This document shows, in pieces, positions 35,117 to 37,839 of a DNA stretch of 37,839 nucleotides. This DNA is from a virus (taxonomy: Duplodnaviria > Caudoviricetes). The DNA is taken from the IMG/VR virus record IMGVR_UViG_3300032216_000935, positions 1 to 37,839 of that record; one strand, 5' to 3'. The translations under genes and the position numbers were made by a program. Within the stretch, counting starts at the first letter, position 1; every line of letters starts with the position of its first letter. The notes beneath the pieces were generated by a model. It searched no databases. It saw nothing but the letters and a program-made list of their open reading frames with translations, and was not told the DNA's origin.

Positions 35117-36511
35117 TCACCCCATGATGTTGTAGTCGGAGATTGCGGACGCCTGCCGAATTGCAGATCGCTCGCGCTTGACAAGAGTTCGCGCTTCGCC
35201 AGCACCAACCAGCATGTATTGGCCTGCTTCGCACACATGCGAATACATGCCCTTGTCCGGCACGTCGCGATAGCGCTCCTCTCCTGTGACTTGTAGTCGC
35301 TTGTAATTGTACCCGCCTGCCATGCCTTTGCGTAAAGTCTTGCATTGCGGGTGGATCACCAGGCCGGGCTCGCCATCAACAAGGCGCGACAGGCACATGG
35401 CCACACTCTCGCGGCGCTTGGTGTAGTCGTTGGTCGGTGCAGGATTGGCCATCACGCCGGCTGCACGCAGGATCTGGAAAGGTGTCGTCTCATCGGTCTG
35501 CGCCCTGCCCTCGCCTGCCGGGTCTCCGGTGATGGCTGCAAACGTCATGCCCTGGTAGCGCTCGTGCATGGCGCTGCGCAGGAGCTCGGCAAAGCGCTTG
35601 GCGCCCATGTCCTCGGTCACCAGCTCAGAATGCCAGCGCCACTGCCCCATCGGGCTCTTCTGGCCAAACACGGCAGCCGGCGTCAGACCGAAGTCGATGC
35701 CCACATACATCGGCCAGGAGCGCACAACGTCGAATTCCTTGCAGTGCAGGCTGTCCTTGAATTCGGGATAGATCGGCTTGCCGTCACGCACAAAGCCGTA
35801 TTCGCCATGGACGTAGACCTTGATCCAGTCCTCTTCCTTGCCGGCAAGCTGGCGCTCGTAGTAGTTGGGCGGCAAGTTCTCTCTGTTTTCGGCGTTCTCA
35901 TCCATGCCGCTTGGCTGCCGGAAAAACTGCCAGCCTTCGGGGTGGACCTCTTCGGCGAGCTTGTACCACCAATGATCATTGTCGGGCGGGTTGGTTGAGG
36001 CCAGAATGCCTGACCAACTGCAGCCACCCATGAGCACCGACGGGTAGCGGCCAACACGGCCAGTCAGGCCATCGATCACAGCCTTGGGCACTTCGCGTGC
36101 CTCATCAACCCAGGCGCCGGTCAGCTCCATGCCGAGCAGCTTGGCGACGTCGTCAGGCCGATCGAGCGACACGAAGATCACCTCGATGTCGAGATCGCCT
36201 TCCTGGATGTGATGCATGGGTGGACCGGTGTCGACCCAGCGGCCGATCGATGGCGGCACCCATTGATGCCAGGTCTTGATCGTGGTGGTGCGCAGCTCGG
36301 GATAGGTGTTGCGCACGACAGCCCAGCGGCTGCGCCGTTTGCCATCAAGGCCGATGCGCTGGTCCTTCGACTTGCGTAGGATCTCCATCACACAGACCGT
36401 CGACTTGCCCGATCCAAACGGCCCCATGATGCCGCGAAAGAAATCGTCGGACAGCATGAAGGCCCGAGAGATCGGACCAGGCGGCTTGTAGTTGATCGAG
36501 GTTGCGGTCAT
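35117..36511 (-). CDS. terL: Terminase large subunit
   Basis: Walker A GPFGSGKS, Walker B WVDE, TNPP, nuclease GIDFG and GDPAG. Confidence 0.95.
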   Translation of the reverse strand: MTATSINYKPPGPISRAFMLSDDFFRGIMGPFGSGKSTVCVMEILRKSKDQRIGLDGKRRSRWAVVRNTYPELRTTTIKTWHQWVPPSIGRWVDTGPPMHHIQEGDLDIEVIFVSLDRPDDVAKLLGMELTGAWVDEAREVPKAVIDGLTGRVGRYPSVLMGGCSWSGILASTNPPDNDHWWYKLAEEVHPEGWQFFRQPSGMDENAENRENLPPNYYERQLAGKEEDWIKVYVHGEYGFVRDGKPIYPEFKDSLHCKEFDVVRSWPMYVGIDFGLTPAAVFGQKSPMGQWRWHSELVTEDMGAKRFAELLRSAMHERYQGMTFAAITGDPAGEGRAQTDETTPFQILRAAGVMANPAPTNDYTKRRESVAMCLSRLVDGEPGLVIHPQCKTLRKGMAGGYNYKRLQVTGEERYRDVPDKGMYSHVCEAGQYMLVGAGEARTLVKRERSAIRQASAISDYNIMG

Positions 36512-36606
36512 TGATCGTCGTGAGCCGAGAACAGGAGCGCAGACACAAGCAGGCCGATGCAGGCGCCAAAGGACACGCAGGCCAGGTAGCTGATGAAGTC
36601 GCTCAT
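36508..36606 (-). CDS. Small membrane peptide (32 aa, not in ORF track)
   Basis: MSDFISYLACVSFGACIGLLVSALLFSAHDDQ; ATGA overlaps with both neighbours. Confidence 0.55.
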   Translation of the reverse strand: MSDFISYLACVSFGACIGLLVSALLFSAHDDQ

Positions 36607-36896
36607 GCGCGCATCACCCGCACAGGCAGCTCGATGGTCGGGCGCTTGCTGGCCTCGCGTGACGCCACTTCTGCGATTACGTCGGACAGCTCGCCGCTTT
36701 CCAGCTCGATCAGCTTCTCGAGATAGTGCTGGGCCTTGCGCAGGTCATCAATGCCACCCTTGCTGCGCCAGCGTGAGACGTACTTCACGACGTTGCCTTC
36801 GAAGTAGCCGAGCTCATTGGCGGCGATGTAGTCCCACGGCTGGATCGATTTCGATTTGTAGTGGCTGCCACTGACCTGGTTGTCGTTCGCGCTCAT
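36603..36896 (-). CDS. DUF3310 (SaV-like / T7 gp1.7-like) protein
   Basis: 'QVSGSHY...IQPWDYI...YFEGNVVKYVSRWRSKGGIDDLRKAQHYL'; GGAGG RBS; ATGA-coupled to terS. Confidence 0.88.
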   Translation of the reverse strand: MSANDNQVSGSHYKSKSIQPWDYIAANELGYFEGNVVKYVSRWRSKGGIDDLRKAQHYLEKLIELESGELSDVIAEVASREASKRPTIELPVRVMRA

Positions 36897-37309
36897 GCTG
36901 CTGCCTCCGATGATTTGAGATCGATGTTGATGGCCAGGCCCACAGCCTTGCCGCCAGACGTCACGTCGATGCGGTCGCCGTAGCGCTCGGGGCGCTTCTT
37001 GGAGAGCGTCCACTTGGCCGTGTCGATCTGCATGCGCTTCCATTGGACCCAGCCGGAATCGACCTGGCCCTTGTCGTTGAGAGGCGGCGGCTCGGCTGCG
37101 AGCTCGCCCAGCTTGTCGAACTCCAGATCGGCGCCAGTGGCGCGTGCGCGCGCGTATTGTTCGGCCAGTGCTTCGTCAGCTTCGACCCAGCCCAGGTATG
37201 TGGACGGGGCGATCTTGGCCTCAAGGCAGGACTCGCGCAGGCTGGCTCCTTCGGCGAGGCGTCCAAGCACTTGCTCGATGATTTGAGGTTTGCGTGTGTT
37301 TGTGGCCAT
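36893..37309 (-). CDS. terS: Terminase small subunit (Sf6-like)
   Basis: 'RLAEGASLRESC...STYLGWV...EQYARAR...QIDTAKWTLSKKRPERYGD'. Confidence 0.88.
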   Translation of the reverse strand: MATNTRKPQIIEQVLGRLAEGASLRESCLEAKIAPSTYLGWVEADEALAEQYARARATGADLEFDKLGELAAEPPPLNDKGQVDSGWVQWKRMQIDTAKWTLSKKRPERYGDRIDVTSGGKAVGLAINIDLKSSEAAA

Positions 37310-37335
37310 GGTTCAATTCTAATCGTTGATGAGAT

Positions 37336-37560
37336 TTAAGCAACAGGCGGGTCAATCCAAAGCCCAACCATGCCGCGGTTTCCAAGGATCCATTGCTGGG
37401 TGACGTCCTTTTCGAGTTTTAAACGGGCTACACGGCCCCGAGACTTCTCGACCTTGTCCAGGTAGTCCCAGGCCCAATTAGACCCCTTCTTGACCCGTTT
37501 GGTGAGAATGTCGCGCACTTCGCACTGGTGTCGATGGTCTTCTGACCAGGTGTCAATCAT
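37336..37560 (-). CDS. Hypothetical protein (74 aa)
   Basis: MIDTWSEDHRHQCEVR...QWILGNRG; ATGA-coupled start rather than the longer ORF-track call. Confidence 0.7.
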   Translation of the reverse strand: MIDTWSEDHRHQCEVRDILTKRVKKGSNWAWDYLDKVEKSRGRVARLKLEKDVTQQWILGNRGMVGLWIDPPVA

Positions 37561-37691
37561 TCTGGATCTCCGATGCCGATGCAAAAGATCAGCCAGGCAA
37601 GCTCGATAAAGGGGAACCCGTCGCTGGATGTGCCGATGATCAGCGATGGCCAGATGAACACGACGTCGGTGTCCCAGGTGACGTAGATCAT
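37557..37691 (-). CDS. Small hydrophobic protein (44 aa, not in ORF track)
   Basis: MIYVTWDTDVVFIWPSLIIGTSSDGFPFIELAWLIFCIGIGDPE; ATGA overlaps at both ends. Confidence 0.55.
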   Translation of the reverse strand: MIYVTWDTDVVFIWPSLIIGTSSDGFPFIELAWLIFCIGIGDPE

Positions 37692-37837
37692 GCCTTGACC
37701 TTTGGCTTGCAATCAACGCAGACCCAAGTGCGCAGGCCGAGCACATGACGCAGCTTGCCGCCGAAGATGGGCTTGGGTGTATGGCAAAGCGCACACATGC
37801 GCCGCGGGCTCCTGACGGTTTCAATGCGTCCCGTCAT
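37688..37837 (-). CDS. Small zinc-ribbon protein (49 aa) running through the terminal repeat
   Basis: MTGRIETVRSPRRMCALCHTPKPIFGGKLRHVLGLRTWVCVDCKPKVKA; two CxxC; ATG equals position 121, coupled to the stop of the P-like gene. Confidence 0.65.
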   Translation of the reverse strand: MTGRIETVRSPRRMCALCHTPKPIFGGKLRHVLGLRTWVCVDCKPKVKA

Positions 37838-37839
37838 GC
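37717..37839. repeat. Terminal direct repeat, copy 2
   Basis: Identical to 1-123. Confidence 0.95.

Overview
The window is an apparently complete, circularly assembled temperate podovirus genome of about 37.7 kb: bases 1-123 recur exactly at 37717-37839. Its virion module is of the BPP-1/epsilon15 type and its early region is lambdoid-like. Minus strand, reading from the cro-like gene (2491) leftward and across the junction: RusA, SSB, a C4-like structured RNA, YdaU/DUF1376 initiator with internal iterons, P-like loader, small ORFs, terS, DUF3310, terL, portal, a ferritin-like protein, scaffold, major capsid, tail tubular A/B, four ejection proteins, two tail-fibre/receptor-binding proteins, a GH108 endolysin/holin/nested-spanin cassette and a peptidase-phosphoesterase-membrane trio. 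Plus strand: CI-like repressor, YqaJ/RecT, Xis-like HTH, attP (3' half of tRNA-Pro(GGG) with arm-type and IHF-like sites) and a tyrosine integrase. Most notable: (1) a 1265-aa ejection protein carrying a zincin peptidase and an OGG2-like HhH-GPD DNA glycosylase domain, followed by an overprinted small ORF with its own GGAGG RBS; (2) a ferritin/Dps-like head-module protein sharing an N-terminal SMLAGxNPA motif with the scaffold; (3) about a dozen related 18-19-bp palindromes (WTG-N9-CAW), often paired, before most modules; (4) a C4-antisense-like RNA/terminator ahead of the replication gene. All family assignments are motif recognition by eye; no searches were run.
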